From Candidatus Latescibacterota bacterium (GTDB taxonomy: Bacteria; Latescibacterota; UBA2968; UBA8231): 64,000 nt of DNA. Each line of letters begins with the position of its first letter. Position 1 is the stretch's first letter. Positions 54,770-64,000 of the stretch are shown here, piece by piece. The notes below the pieces were generated by a model. The model was not told the DNA's origin. It did not search any database and worked only from the letters and a program-made list of their open reading frames with translations. A program made the translations under genes and the position numbers. The stretch lies in assembly GCA_965248355.1 (NCBI GenBank), contig OZ252098.1, forward strand, positions 512,001 to 576,000, read 5' to 3'.

Positions 54770-56113
54770 ATGAACCTGAAGACCGCTCTCCTCGTCAGCC
54801 TGGTCTTCGTCCTCGTCCTCGGCGCCCTGCTCTACTCCAACCGGAGGGAGCAGGAGAAGGAGGAGGCCGACGTCCTCTCCCGGGAGCTGTTGATCTTCGA
54901 CAAGAGCGAGGCGGACGAGCTCACCGTCGACGGCCCGCAGGGGAGGGTGGTCTGCCGCAAGGCCGGGGACCAGTGGAGGATCGTCGAGCCCGTGGAGGTG
55001 GACGCCAGCCGCGGCGCCGTGGAGACGGTGCTGGTCAACCTGGAGCGCGCCCGTCTGCAGAAATACCTGCTCCTGGAGGAGGCCGGCGACCGCGATGTCC
55101 TCGAGGAGTACGGCCTGGATCCGCCCCACATCATGGTGACCCTTCGCGTCCGGGGGAGCGTCCTCGACACCGTCCTCTACGGGGACAGCCCCATGGGCGT
55201 GTACGCCTATGTCAAGAAGACCTCCGAGAATCGCGTCGGCATGGTCGAGTTCTACCGGCGCACCGGTGTCAACCGCGGGCTGGCCCAGCTGCGGGAGAAG
55301 CGGGCCCTGAAGTTCGAACGGGGCAAGGCGAGGGACCTGCGCGTCGAGAGCCCGGGGGACACCATCGAGGTGGCCAGGCTGGAGGACGGCTGGCGGATGA
55401 GGCTTCCCCTGGAGGCGAGAGGCGACGAGGAGGAGATCCAGGAGATCCTCAAGGGCCTGACCGCGCCGGTGAAGGAGTTCGTCGACGACACGCCGGCCAG
55501 CCTCCGCGAGTACGGCCTCGATCCGCCGCGCCTCCGCATCGAGGTGACGGCGGCCGACGGCGGCTCCCATGCCCTGTGGGTCGGCGCCGGCGCCGCGAGC
55601 GGCTATTACGCGAAGAATCTCTACCAGCCCTCGGTCTTCACCGTCGATTCGGCCCTGGTGGACCGCCTCGACGAAGCCGCCCTCGGCCTGAGGTTCAAGC
55701 GTCTCCTCGCCTTCGAGAGGCAGAAGGTGGACCGCATCGAGTTCGCCTACCCGGGCCGGACCGTCCTCTGCGTGCGGGAGGGCCAGGCGTGGCTGGCCCT
55801 CCCCCGGAAACAACCTGTGAACGGCCTGGAACTCGATGCCATCATGCACAACATGAAAGAGCTCAAGGCCGAGGGCTTCGTCTTCGGGGAACAGGACAGC
55901 GGCTCGTACGGGCTCGATCCTCCCCGGGCGAGGATCCGGCTCTGGGCGGAAGAGCGGCTCGTGGGCGATCTGGCCCTTGGCGAGGCCCAGGGAGACAGGG
56001 TCTACGCCAAGGGAAGCGAGAACGAGCTCGTCTGCCTGGTCGACAGGGGGGTGGCCGAGCGGCTGGGCGTGGACAGGATCTTCAAGGAAGGGGACCCGAG
56101 CGGTGGCGGATGA
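54770..56113 (+). CDS. DUF4340 domain protein
   Basis: N-terminal TM helix and three internal repeats, each containing YGLDPP. W....P...A..-like segments. Confidence 0.8.
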   Translation: MNLKTALLVSLVFVLVLGALLYSNRREQEKEEADVLSRELLIFDKSEADELTVDGPQGRVVCRKAGDQWRIVEPVEVDASRGAVETVLVNLERARLQKYLLLEEAGDRDVLEEYGLDPPHIMVTLRVRGSVLDTVLYGDSPMGVYAYVKKTSENRVGMVEFYRRTGVNRGLAQLREKRALKFERGKARDLRVESPGDTIEVARLEDGWRMRLPLEARGDEEEIQEILKGLTAPVKEFVDDTPASLREYGLDPPRLRIEVTAADGGSHALWVGAGAASGYYAKNLYQPSVFTVDSALVDRLDEAALGLRFKRLLAFERQKVDRIEFAYPGRTVLCVREGQAWLALPRKQPVNGLELDAIMHNMKELKAEGFVFGEQDSGSYGLDPPRARIRLWAEERLVGDLALGEAQGDRVYAKGSENELVCLVDRGVAERLGVDRIFKEGDPSGGG

Positions 56114-57357
56114 AGCGCGTCCTCTGGCTCACGTGGGGCGGCGCCGCGATCGTGGCGGCCGGCCTCGGAGGGGGCCTGTACTACCACCTCGGCGTCCTCG
56201 AGCCGAGGCGGAACCGCGCCGGGGCCGAGGCCCTCTTCGCGCAGGGCAACGCCAGGCTGAACTCGGGGGAGACGGCCGCCGCCATCGAGGACTACCAGCG
56301 GGCCGTCGACCGCGATCCCGGCTTCGTGCCCGCCTACAACGGGCTGGGCATGGCCTACCGGTCCTCGGGAGACCGGCCGCGGGCCGAAGCGCTCCTGCAG
56401 GAGGCCCTCACCATCGACCCCACCGTTCCGGAGACCTACAACAACCTGGCCATCCTCTACTCCGAGAGCGGCCGCGTCGATCAGGCGGAGGCGGTCTACA
56501 GGAAGGCCCTCACCATCGACCCGAACGCCGCCGTGACCTACTACAACCTGGGCGCCTTCTACTCCCAGGTCGGCCGTTACGCCCAGGCGGTGGAGGAGTA
56601 CGGCAAGGCGGTGCAGCTCCGGCGCGGCCTCTACCAGGCCCACAACAACATGGCCCTGGCCTACATCGCCCTCGGCAAGCCTTCCCAGGCGGTGGGGGAG
56701 CTGAAGAGATCGATCCAGCTCAACCCCCGCCAGGGCCGGGCCTGGTACAATCTCGGTCTGGCCCACGAGGAGGATGGCCGCTACGAGGAGGCGGCCGACT
56801 GCTTCCGGACGGCCCTGGAGAACGCCCCCGGCGTGGCCGACGTCCACTATCACCTCGGCGTCGTCCACGAGGGGCTGCAACGCGAGACGGAGGCCATGGA
56901 GGGGTACCAGAGGGCCCTCGCCCTCGACCCGTCGCACAGGGAGGCCCACTACCGCACCGGCCGGCTGCTGGCGGCGCAGGGCCGGCACGAGGAGGCGGAA
57001 ACCCGGTACCTGAGCGCCATCGAGATCGATCCGGAGTACGCCGACGCCCGCTACAACCTGGGCCGCCTCTACATGAAGCAGGGCCGGACCGCCGAGGCGC
57101 AGCGGGAGATGGAGCGGTTCCGCCAGATGAGCGAATACGACAAGGAGAGGGAGAACGTCAGCCGGATCCTGCTCTACATGCCCCGCGACGCCACCTCCCG
57201 CTGGAAGCTGGGCCAGGTGCACGAGAAATACGGTAAGTACGACAGGGCCATCGAGGAGTACCGGAAGGCCCTGGCCATCCGTCCCGGCTTCCAGGAACCC
57301 CGGCAGGCGCTCGAATCGGTGCTCGAGGCGCGTTCCCGGGAGGAGGACCGCAGATGA
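56110..57357 (+). CDS. Membrane-anchored TPR protein
   Basis: ATGA overlap, N-terminal TM helix, and about 9-10 canonical TPRs (A.YNLG..Y...G....A...Y..AL..DP). Confidence 0.88.
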   Translation: MKRVLWLTWGGAAIVAAGLGGGLYYHLGVLEPRRNRAGAEALFAQGNARLNSGETAAAIEDYQRAVDRDPGFVPAYNGLGMAYRSSGDRPRAEALLQEALTIDPTVPETYNNLAILYSESGRVDQAEAVYRKALTIDPNAAVTYYNLGAFYSQVGRYAQAVEEYGKAVQLRRGLYQAHNNMALAYIALGKPSQAVGELKRSIQLNPRQGRAWYNLGLAHEEDGRYEEAADCFRTALENAPGVADVHYHLGVVHEGLQRETEAMEGYQRALALDPSHREAHYRTGRLLAAQGRHEEAETRYLSAIEIDPEYADARYNLGRLYMKQGRTAEAQREMERFRQMSEYDKERENVSRILLYMPRDATSRWKLGQVHEKYGKYDRAIEEYRKALAIRPGFQEPRQALESVLEARSREEDRR

Positions 57358-60300
57358 GCTTGATCGGAATCTCGATCGTCGGTTTCACCCTGGGCATCGC
57401 CCTCCTCGCCCGGGACGTGCCCACCGAGGACTACATGCTCTCCACCTTCCAGGCGGGCCAGAGCTTCTACTCCGAGGGCGCCTACGACCAGGCCATCGAG
57501 AAGTACAGCGACGTGGGAGGGGTCCGCAGCCTGCTGCTCGACGACGCCGCGATCGTCGTCGTCGTCGGCGAGGTGGAGACCACGGTCAAGGACGCGGCGA
57601 TCTATCAGGTGGGCAACTCCTACTTCAAGATGTTCGAGGAGGAGTTCCAGGCGGCCTCGGGCCCGGGCAACGAACGGCAGCGGGAGCAGCGGCTGGAGAG
57701 GGCCCACAAGTACCTGGAGGAGGCGGTGAGCCACTTCTCCAGGGTCGAGGAGCGGGCCGACTCGGAGGAGCTGCGTATCCTCGCCCTGAGCCGGATCATG
57801 ACCAGCTGGTACAGCGCCAGGCGCTACCAGGAGGTGATCCGCGTGGGCCGGGAGTTCGTCGACAAGCATCCCGGCAGCGCCTACCTCGTGGAGGCCCTGT
57901 ACAACATCGGCTGGTCCTACTACGAGCTCGGGGAATACGCCCGCAGCATCGAGGCCTTCACCGAGTTGACGGGGCGCTTCGAGTCCGGCTTCCACGTGAG
58001 CCGGGCCCTGTTCCAGATCGGGGAGTGCTACTACGACCAGGGGCGCTACGCCGAGGCGGTCCCCTGGTACCAGCGGCTGGTGGACCGGGCCAACATCCTC
58101 GAGCTGACCGAGCAGGAGATCCAGCGGATGCAGTTCGAGAAGGTGGCCGGCCTGGTGGACGAGACCGAGTACGAGCTGACCGCCAAGGCCCAGATCCGCA
58201 TCGGAGACAGCTACAGCCGGCTGGGGGACTTCGAGCGGGCGGAGGAGTCCTACCGCGTGGTGGTCTCGGTCTTCGCCCAGGAACGGCGCCTCGTGGAGAG
58301 GGCCTACCAGAGCCTGGCGGACATGCACTTCGAGAACCGGCGGCTGGCGCAGTGCGTCGCCGCCTACCGCGAGGCCATCGACAACATACCGAACCGCATC
58401 TTCAAGGCCCGCATGCAGTTCCAGCTGGCCAAGCGCTACGCCGAGGCGAGCCGGGAGTGGGGAGAGGACCTCTTCGAGGACGCCGTCCGCGAGTACAACG
58501 TCTACCTGAAGGGCTACGCCGAGGTGGCGCCGCAGGCCGGGTACACCGCGGCCAATGTCTGGTTCGAGATCGGCCAGGTCCACTACGCCGCGGCCGAGGA
58601 GCAGGCGCAGGGAGGGGAGGACGGCCGCGAGGCCTACGGCCGGGCCCTGCAGGCGTACACCGAGATTCTCGAGCAGCATGCCGACCCGAGCTTCCTCACC
58701 GCGGCCCGATTCAACGCCGCCCTCTGCAAGCAGAGGATGGGCGGCGAAGGGGCCCTGGGCGAGGCGATCGAGGCCTATGGCCGGATCATCGAGGAGGATC
58801 CCGACGGCACCTACGCCCGGAGTTCCAGGTTCCAGTTGGCCCGCATGTACTTCGGCCGGGAGGAGTTCGACCGGTCCGCGGATACCTACGCCGAGATCAT
58901 CGCCGGGGCCCATGACTCCACCCACCTCGACATCGCCCGTTTCGAGCTGGGCCTCGTCCTGCAGAAGAAGGGCGACCTGGAGGGGGCCGTGGAGGAGTTC
59001 CTCTCCGTGCGCCCGGCGGCGCCCCAGTTCTCCCTCTCCCGCCTCGAGGCCGGCCGCGCCTGCGTGAGCCTGGAGAGCTTCGACCGGGCCCTCGAGGTCC
59101 TGTCCAGCGGCGTGAAGGCCTCCGCCGCGGACGGCGAGCGCGCCCAGTACCACTACCTGATGGGCAAGGCCTGGGCCGGCAAGCAGGAGTACGAGCGCTC
59201 CGTCGAGTCCTTCACGCAGACCATCGCCCTCACCGCGGACCCGGCCCTCGTGGAGATCGCGCGCTACGACAGGGGGACGGGCTATTCCCGGCTCGAGCGC
59301 TACGCCGAGGCGGAGAAGGACCTGCGGGTGCTGGTGGAGTCCGGCAACGAGCGCATCCGCGGACCGGCGCAGAAGATGCTCGGGCTGGCCTACCTCCGGC
59401 TCGACCGGCAGCAGGAGGCCCTGGCCAGCTACGGGCGGCTGGCCGAGACCTCCGCCGATCCCACGGAGCGGGCGGAGTACATGGTGCTCATGCTCGAGCT
59501 GTTCTTCGAGCTGGAGCAGTACGACATGGCCGTCGCCACGGGGCGCCGGATCCTGGCCATGGAGTTCGAGGACAGCCTCGAGCACAAGGACTACTGGATC
59601 GAGGAGCTGGTCTACTACCTCATCGGCGAAAGCCAGCAGCGAAGCGGCCGGAGCGAGGCGGCCCTCGCCACCTACGGCGAGGGCCTGAGGCGCTACCCCG
59701 CCTCCTACTACTCGCCGGACATGGCCTATGCCCTGGGCACCCTCCACTTCGAGAGCAACCGCCTCGACGACGCCGCCCGAAGCCTGGCCGACTTCGTGGG
59801 CCGCTTCCCCCGCTCCCCCAACGCCCTGTACGGCCGCTACTACCTCGGGTACGCCCACTTCAACCTGAGGGAGTTCGACCAGTCCCTGGAGGTCTTCCAG
59901 GCTCTCGTGGGGAGGTTCCCGGGATCGGAGGTGGCCGCCGAGGCCCTGATGCGCGCCGCCGAGAGCGCCTTCAACCTGGGCCGCTTCGACGAGGTCGCCG
60001 CCCTCTACGGCCGGCTTCTGGAGAGCTATCCCGACTCGCCCTTCAGCGACGACGCCATGTACAACCTGGCCTGGGCCTTCTACGAGTCCAAGGACGAGGA
60101 GGCCTTCATCTCCGGCCTGCAGCGGCTGCTGACCACCTTCCCGCGGAGCGAATTCGCCCCTGACGCCCGGTTCACCCTCGGCGACTACTACTTCAACAGG
60201 GAGGAGTACGAGAGGGCCCAGGCCGAGTACGAGATCGTGCTCTCCGAGTACGGCGGCTCCACCATCGCCCGGGAGGTCCCCCAGGTCCTGCGCAAGGTCC

Positions 60301-60635
60301 GTGAGATCATCGCCTACGGCGAGTACGAGCGGGCCATGGCGATCTTCACCGAGGGCCTGAGCCTGGACAAGCAGGCCAAGGGGGATGAGGCGGTGCGGAA
60401 GTTCGAGGAGGCCGTCCCCCTCTTCGTGGCCCTCATGGAGAAGTACCCCGGCACCGAGGTCGAGGTCGGCGCCCTGAGCAACCTCGGCATCTGCTACGAG
60501 TTCCTGCGCAGGTGGAAGGATGCGGTGCAGACCTACGACAGGGTGATCGCCCTGTACGAGGAGGAGAAGGCGAGTCAGGAGGCCTTCCAGTTCGCCAAGG
60601 GCCACCGCGACTGGATCGTGACCTCCCGGCTCTGA
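57354..60635 (+). CDS. Large periplasmic TPR protein (BamD/CpoB-type TPR repeats)
   Basis: Hydrophobic N-terminus. Repeated [YF]P.S....A.[YF].[LI]G units over about 1000 aa. Confidence 0.85.
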   Translation: MSLIGISIVGFTLGIALLARDVPTEDYMLSTFQAGQSFYSEGAYDQAIEKYSDVGGVRSLLLDDAAIVVVVGEVETTVKDAAIYQVGNSYFKMFEEEFQAASGPGNERQREQRLERAHKYLEEAVSHFSRVEERADSEELRILALSRIMTSWYSARRYQEVIRVGREFVDKHPGSAYLVEALYNIGWSYYELGEYARSIEAFTELTGRFESGFHVSRALFQIGECYYDQGRYAEAVPWYQRLVDRANILELTEQEIQRMQFEKVAGLVDETEYELTAKAQIRIGDSYSRLGDFERAEESYRVVVSVFAQERRLVERAYQSLADMHFENRRLAQCVAAYREAIDNIPNRIFKARMQFQLAKRYAEASREWGEDLFEDAVREYNVYLKGYAEVAPQAGYTAANVWFEIGQVHYAAAEEQAQGGEDGREAYGRALQAYTEILEQHADPSFLTAARFNAALCKQRMGGEGALGEAIEAYGRIIEEDPDGTYARSSRFQLARMYFGREEFDRSADTYAEIIAGAHDSTHLDIARFELGLVLQKKGDLEGAVEEFLSVRPAAPQFSLSRLEAGRACVSLESFDRALEVLSSGVKASAADGERAQYHYLMGKAWAGKQEYERSVESFTQTIALTADPALVEIARYDRGTGYSRLERYAEAEKDLRVLVESGNERIRGPAQKMLGLAYLRLDRQQEALASYGRLAETSADPTERAEYMVLMLELFFELEQYDMAVATGRRILAMEFEDSLEHKDYWIEELVYYLIGESQQRSGRSEAALATYGEGLRRYPASYYSPDMAYALGTLHFESNRLDDAARSLADFVGRFPRSPNALYGRYYLGYAHFNLREFDQSLEVFQALVGRFPGSEVAAEALMRAAESAFNLGRFDEVAALYGRLLESYPDSPFSDDAMYNLAWAFYESKDEEAFISGLQRLLTTFPRSEFAPDARFTLGDYYFNREEYERAQAEYEIVLSEYGGSTIAREVPQVLRKVREIIAYGEYERAMAIFTEGLSLDKQAKGDEAVRKFEEAVPLFVALMEKYPGTEVEVGALSNLGICYEFLRRWKDAVQTYDRVIALYEEEKASQEAFQFAKGHRDWIVTSRL

Positions 60636-60658
60636 TGACGGAGAGAAAGGGTGAGGCA

Positions 60659-61453
60659 ATGAGCTCCTGGCGAAAGGCGATCGGCTGGACACTGGTCTGC
60701 TGCGCGGCCCTGGCCGCGCAGGGGTGCATCATCTTCCCGCCGAGAATCCACTACAACTCCTACATGGTGCCCGCCGAGGGCGCCCAGGCGGGCGAGTTCC
60801 ACCGCACCGAGGAGGACGGCTCCATCTCCTACGTCATGGAGGGGCTCCGGCTCAACGTCCGGTTTCTCACCGACGCCGAGCTGAACGCCCTGCTGCCGGA
60901 GGACTCCTTCAAGGGGAAGTACTCGACGAATCCCTACACCTACGGCGACCACGTGGACGGCGACATGGGCTACACCCCCGACCGCTTCACCACCTTCCGG
61001 GTCAGCGTCTTCAACCAGACCTTCGCCAAGGTCCAGCTCAATCCCATCGAGGCCGTCCTGCTCACCGATCAGGGCGACGAGCTGACCTCCTACGGGATCC
61101 CCTCCACCTCGCCCTACAACAGCTTCGAGCGCTACTACCGGGGCCTGAGAGGGCAGAGCGGCAACGAGTTCTACCGCTTCGAGGTGCGCATGGGCCACGT
61201 GCGCAGCCTCAACTACGCCGAGAGCCAGCCCATCTTCAAGGGCGAGAACTACAGCGGCCTCATCGCCTTCGACGCCCTCGACCCGGAGGTACGGCGCGTG
61301 CGGCTCGTGCTCGGGGAGTTCACCCTCAAGTTCGACGAGTTCGGCGTGCCCCTGGAGACGATCGACTGCCGGTTCGACTTCCGCCGGGAGATCGAGATGT
61401 GGGAGGAGGGGGGAGAGGAGACGCTGGTGAGCGACCGCGGCCGGCAGCCCTAG
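60659..61453 (+). CDS. Conserved hypothetical lipoprotein, paralog of the N-domain of 894-2192
   Basis: Lipobox AQGC. Shared KG.YS.NPYTYGD.VD, FE.YYR.L.G.SGNE.YRF..RMG.VR and IFKGE.YSG...FD motifs. Confidence 0.75.
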   Translation: MSSWRKAIGWTLVCCAALAAQGCIIFPPRIHYNSYMVPAEGAQAGEFHRTEEDGSISYVMEGLRLNVRFLTDAELNALLPEDSFKGKYSTNPYTYGDHVDGDMGYTPDRFTTFRVSVFNQTFAKVQLNPIEAVLLTDQGDELTSYGIPSTSPYNSFERYYRGLRGQSGNEFYRFEVRMGHVRSLNYAESQPIFKGENYSGLIAFDALDPEVRRVRLVLGEFTLKFDEFGVPLETIDCRFDFRREIEMWEEGGEETLVSDRGRQP

Positions 61454-61461
61454 CCCCGCCC

Positions 61462-62367
61462 GTGCCGAAGGGTCCGCGCCGGCCGCCCCCGGGGTGGCCG
61501 GCGAAGCTGTTTCTTCTGGTTCTGCTCCTGCCCCCGATCCCCTCCCCGGCCGCCCGGCCGGGGGAGAGGATCCTGGTGGTCCCCTTCGAGGACCACAGCG
61601 ACTTCCGGGGGACCTGGGATCTCCGGCAGGAGATCCCGCAACTGCTGGGCGAGCTGCTGCGCCAGGGCCGGGCCTTCGAGATCCTGCCCTTCGACACCCT
61701 GGCCTCCCCTCCCGCCGAGGCCGGGGAGGGGGGCATCTCGAGGCCGGACCGGGAGCTCCTGGCCGGCCGCGAGGCCGGGGCCGACCTGGTCCTCGGCGGC
61801 GACATCCGGCGCTTCGCCATCAAGCGCTTCAACGTGGGCAGCCCCCTCGTGGGGGGGTACACCTCCTATAGCGTCGTCGTCGAGGTGGAGGCCCGCCTGA
61901 CGCGGGTCCTGACCGGACGCCGGGACGGGGAGGCGATCCGGGGCCGCGCGGAGGTGACCGACCAGGACCTGGGCCTGACTCTGCTGGGCAAGCCCACGGA
62001 GACGGAGGCCGCCCTCTCCCGCCTCAACGAGGTCTCCTTCGGGGCGCAGGAGTTCCGCGACACGATCGTGGGCGCCGCCACCCTCGACGCCCTCGGGAAG
62101 ATCGCCGGCGAGTTGTCCGTCCGGGACTCGGTCTCCGCCGTGCCGGATGGGAAGGTCCTCAGTCTCGAGGGTGACGGGGGATTCGCGAGCCTCGGCCGGG
62201 CCGACCACGTCGAGGCCGGCCACCGGCTCGCGGTGCATTCCCGGCGGGACACGCAGAGGGTGGGGAGCGTGCAGATCGTGGAGGTCCTGACAGCGCACCT
62301 GTCGCGATTCCGCGCCCTGGAGGGCGGGGAGGCCATCCGGGAGGGGGATCTGCTTCGCTCGCGGTAG
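61462..62367 (+). CDS. Exported protein with CsgG/TolB_N-like domain and FlgT-C-like small beta domain
   Basis: RILVVPFED, GADLVL.G.I..F and V.VEARL..V.TG motifs. C-terminal SLG....V..G..L.V......VG.V.IVEV...IREGD. Start uncertain. Confidence 0.6.
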   Translation: MPKGPRRPPPGWPAKLFLLVLLLPPIPSPAARPGERILVVPFEDHSDFRGTWDLRQEIPQLLGELLRQGRAFEILPFDTLASPPAEAGEGGISRPDRELLAGREAGADLVLGGDIRRFAIKRFNVGSPLVGGYTSYSVVVEVEARLTRVLTGRRDGEAIRGRAEVTDQDLGLTLLGKPTETEAALSRLNEVSFGAQEFRDTIVGAATLDALGKIAGELSVRDSVSAVPDGKVLSLEGDGGFASLGRADHVEAGHRLAVHSRRDTQRVGSVQIVEVLTAHLSRFRALEGGEAIREGDLLRSR

Positions 62368-62451
62368 CCCCTTCCACCTGTCTGACGACGATGGGCGCAT
62401 CCTTTTCTGCTGGAGCGAATTACACTGGCAGGCAAGCACCCCCCCGGCGTC

Positions 62452-62480
62452 TGGACCGGGGTCACCTGGGAGAGTATATT
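62452..62480 (+). promoter_or_regulatory. Candidate sigma70 promoter for the J-domain/ybjN/pspA unit
   Basis: TGGACC-N17-TATATT. Confidence 0.35.
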
Positions 62481-62521
62481 GGAGATTCGCTGCCCCGCCC
62501 CCGCAACCACGGTCGATTCCC

Positions 62522-62872
62522 GTGTCCGGAGATCTCCTCCGCCGACTCTTCCACCTCACCCGCGCCCACGTCGGACCCCGGTCGCCCTCGCCCTCGCCGT
62601 CCACCGGCGATGATCCGAGCCCCAGCCGATCGGGTGATGCCTCGCAGGCACCTGGGGAGCTGGCCCGGTACTACGCCAATCTCGAGATTCCCTGCGGTTC
62701 GGATCTGGAGACCGTGCGGGCGGCCTGGAAGGGCATGATGCGGAAGTACCACCCCGACCTCCACGGCGCGGACCCGGAGAAGCGGCGGCTGGCCGGCGAA
62801 CTCACCGCCAACTTGACGCGCGCTTACCAGGAGCTGGCCGCGGCGTTGGAGCAGGGGAGCCGAAGAGGGTAG
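62522..62872 (+). CDS. Small J-domain (DnaJ-type) protein
   Basis: YY..LEI.....LETVRAAW..MMRKYHPD.....LTRAY..L. Confidence 0.85.
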   Translation: MSGDLLRRLFHLTRAHVGPRSPSPSPSTGDDPSPSRSGDASQAPGELARYYANLEIPCGSDLETVRAAWKGMMRKYHPDLHGADPEKRRLAGELTANLTRAYQELAAALEQGSRRG

Positions 62873-62939
62873 CGCCGCGCCAACCACGTCAGAGCCGGCG
62901 GTCTGTGGCCGCCGCAACCGAGCAGGTTCACGAGGGCCC

Positions 62940-63335
62940 ATGGCAGATCATTTCGAGCGCGTCAAGGAGTACATACTCGAGTTGGGTTTCTCCATCGACG
63001 AGGAGATTCCCGAGGAAGAGATCGTCGTCATCAACGACGAGGAGCGCGGTATCCACGAGCTCGTCATCGACTGCGAAGACGACCTGCTCGTGCTGGAGCA
63101 GCTCATCCTCAAGTTCGAAGGCGAGGTGCCCGCGGCCGTCTTCCGCCGCATCCTGCAGATGAACCGCAGCCTCGTCTTCGGCGCCTTCATCCTCAACGAG
63201 GAAGGCAACCTCCTCCTCTACCGCAACACCCTCGCCCTCGGCAATCTCGACCTGAACGAACTGGAGACGACCATCAACGCCCTCAGCCTGGGCCTGGCGG
63301 AAAACGGCGACGAGCTCCTCGGCTTCGTCGCCTGA
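62940..63335 (+). CDS. YbjN/CesT-fold (T3SS-chaperone-like) protein
   Basis: Acidic 131-aa protein with LQMNR.LV.GAF.L...G..L.YR.TL...NLD.NEL. Adjacent to pspA. Confidence 0.7.
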   Translation: MADHFERVKEYILELGFSIDEEIPEEEIVVINDEERGIHELVIDCEDDLLVLEQLILKFEGEVPAAVFRRILQMNRSLVFGAFILNEEGNLLLYRNTLALGNLDLNELETTINALSLGLAENGDELLGFVA

Positions 63336-63379
63336 GCCCGGCCCGCTGCGGGTGTCACACGACAACAAGGAAGGCGGAT

Positions 63380-64000
63380 ATGGCTGGCATCTTCAATCGC
63401 CTCTTCAAAGCCGGCGAGGCCGAGGCCCACTCCCTCGTCGACAAGCTCGAGGATCCCATCAAGATGAGCGAGCAGGCGGTTCGCGACCTGCGCAAGGATC
63501 TGCAGGAGAGCCTGAGGAGCCTCGGTGAGGTCAAGTCCCTCGCCATTCGCATGGCCAAGGAGGCAGAGGACGCCAAGCGCCTGGCCGGGGACTACGAGCG
63601 CAAGGCCATGCTGTTGCTGCAGCGGGGGCAGGCCGGCGAGGTGGAGGCCAGCGAGGCGGAGCGGCTCGCCCTGGAGGCCCTGAGCCGCAAGGAGGAGGCG
63701 GCCGCCCGGGCGCTGCAGGCCACCCAGCAGGCCCAGTCGCAGCAGAAGATGGTGGAAACCCTCCAGAACAACGTCAATCAGCTCAAGTCGAAGGTCGCTT
63801 CCTACGACAACGACCTGGTCATGCTCAAGGCGCGGGCGCGGACGGCCAATGCCACCCGCAAGATCAACCAGCGCCTGTCCAACGTGGACACCAACGGCAC
63901 CGTGGCCCTCCTCGAACGCATGAAGGAAAAGGTCTCCGAAGAGGAGGCCCTGTCCGAGGCCTACGGCGAGATGGCCGACGCGAGCAGCTCCGTCGACCAG
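63380..64000 (+). CDS. PspA/IM30 family protein (runs off window end)
   Basis: MAGIFNRLFK......H..VDKLEDPIKM.EQA.RDL. Long coiled coil with LKARA..A.A...IN and LLERMKEKV..EEAL..AY. Not in the supplied ORF track because it has no stop inside the window. Confidence 0.9.
   Translation, partial: MAGIFNRLFKAGEAEAHSLVDKLEDPIKMSEQAVRDLRKDLQESLRSLGEVKSLAIRMAKEAEDAKRLAGDYERKAMLLLQRGQAGEVEASEAERLALEALSRKEEAAARALQATQQAQSQQKMVETLQNNVNQLKSKVASYDNDLVMLKARARTANATRKINQRLSNVDTNGTVALLERMKEKVSEEEALSEAYGEMADASSSVDQ

Noticed and set aside
57174-60692. Long antisense and alternate-frame ORFs (e.g. 1172 aa here; also 47764-51174, 20476-22857, 22876-25509)
   Set aside because: Shadow ORFs typical of high-GC DNA. 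They are Arg/Gly/Pro- or Val/Leu-rich, lack motifs and overlap well-supported genes.

Overview
Very GC-rich, densely coding bacterial DNA. Gene content suggests an FCB-group organism such as Ca. Latescibacterota (inference only): many FlgD/CTD-tailed secreted proteins, a DUF6785-type membrane protein, DUF4838 proteins and CRTAC1-like FG-GAP proteins. No rRNA, tRNA or CRISPR array was seen. The left half (1-37.5 kb) is a patchwork of paralog pairs: FG-GAP proteins, GQG-repeat proteins, DUF4838 proteins, phosphodiesterases, M28 peptidases and AGE epimerases. It also holds a GH29 fucosidase, an orphan exbB-exbD-exbD unit, several decayed gene remnants and one intact IS630 element. The right half carries the most notable feature, a tightly packed 16-gene, ~24.4 kb operon (37934-62367). 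In order it encodes two secreted proteins with T9SS-CTD/FlgD-like tails, three paralogous ~900-1040 aa predicted outer-membrane barrel proteins with DxDxDG-type loops, a DUF5683-like protein, an FN3 lipoprotein, a TM-linker-DUF4159 protein, ExbB-ExbD-ExbD, DUF4340, two TPR proteins, a lipoprotein and a CsgG/TolB_N-like protein. I recognised no TonB or TonB-dependent receptor in it. A second DUF4159 plus lipoprotein module, with a fused TonB_C/AgmX-like domain, lies at the window start. This is a candidate undescribed PMF-driven envelope-spanning secretion or motility machine. The window ends in a J-domain/YbjN/PspA unit. All family calls come from motif recognition by eye, not from database searches.
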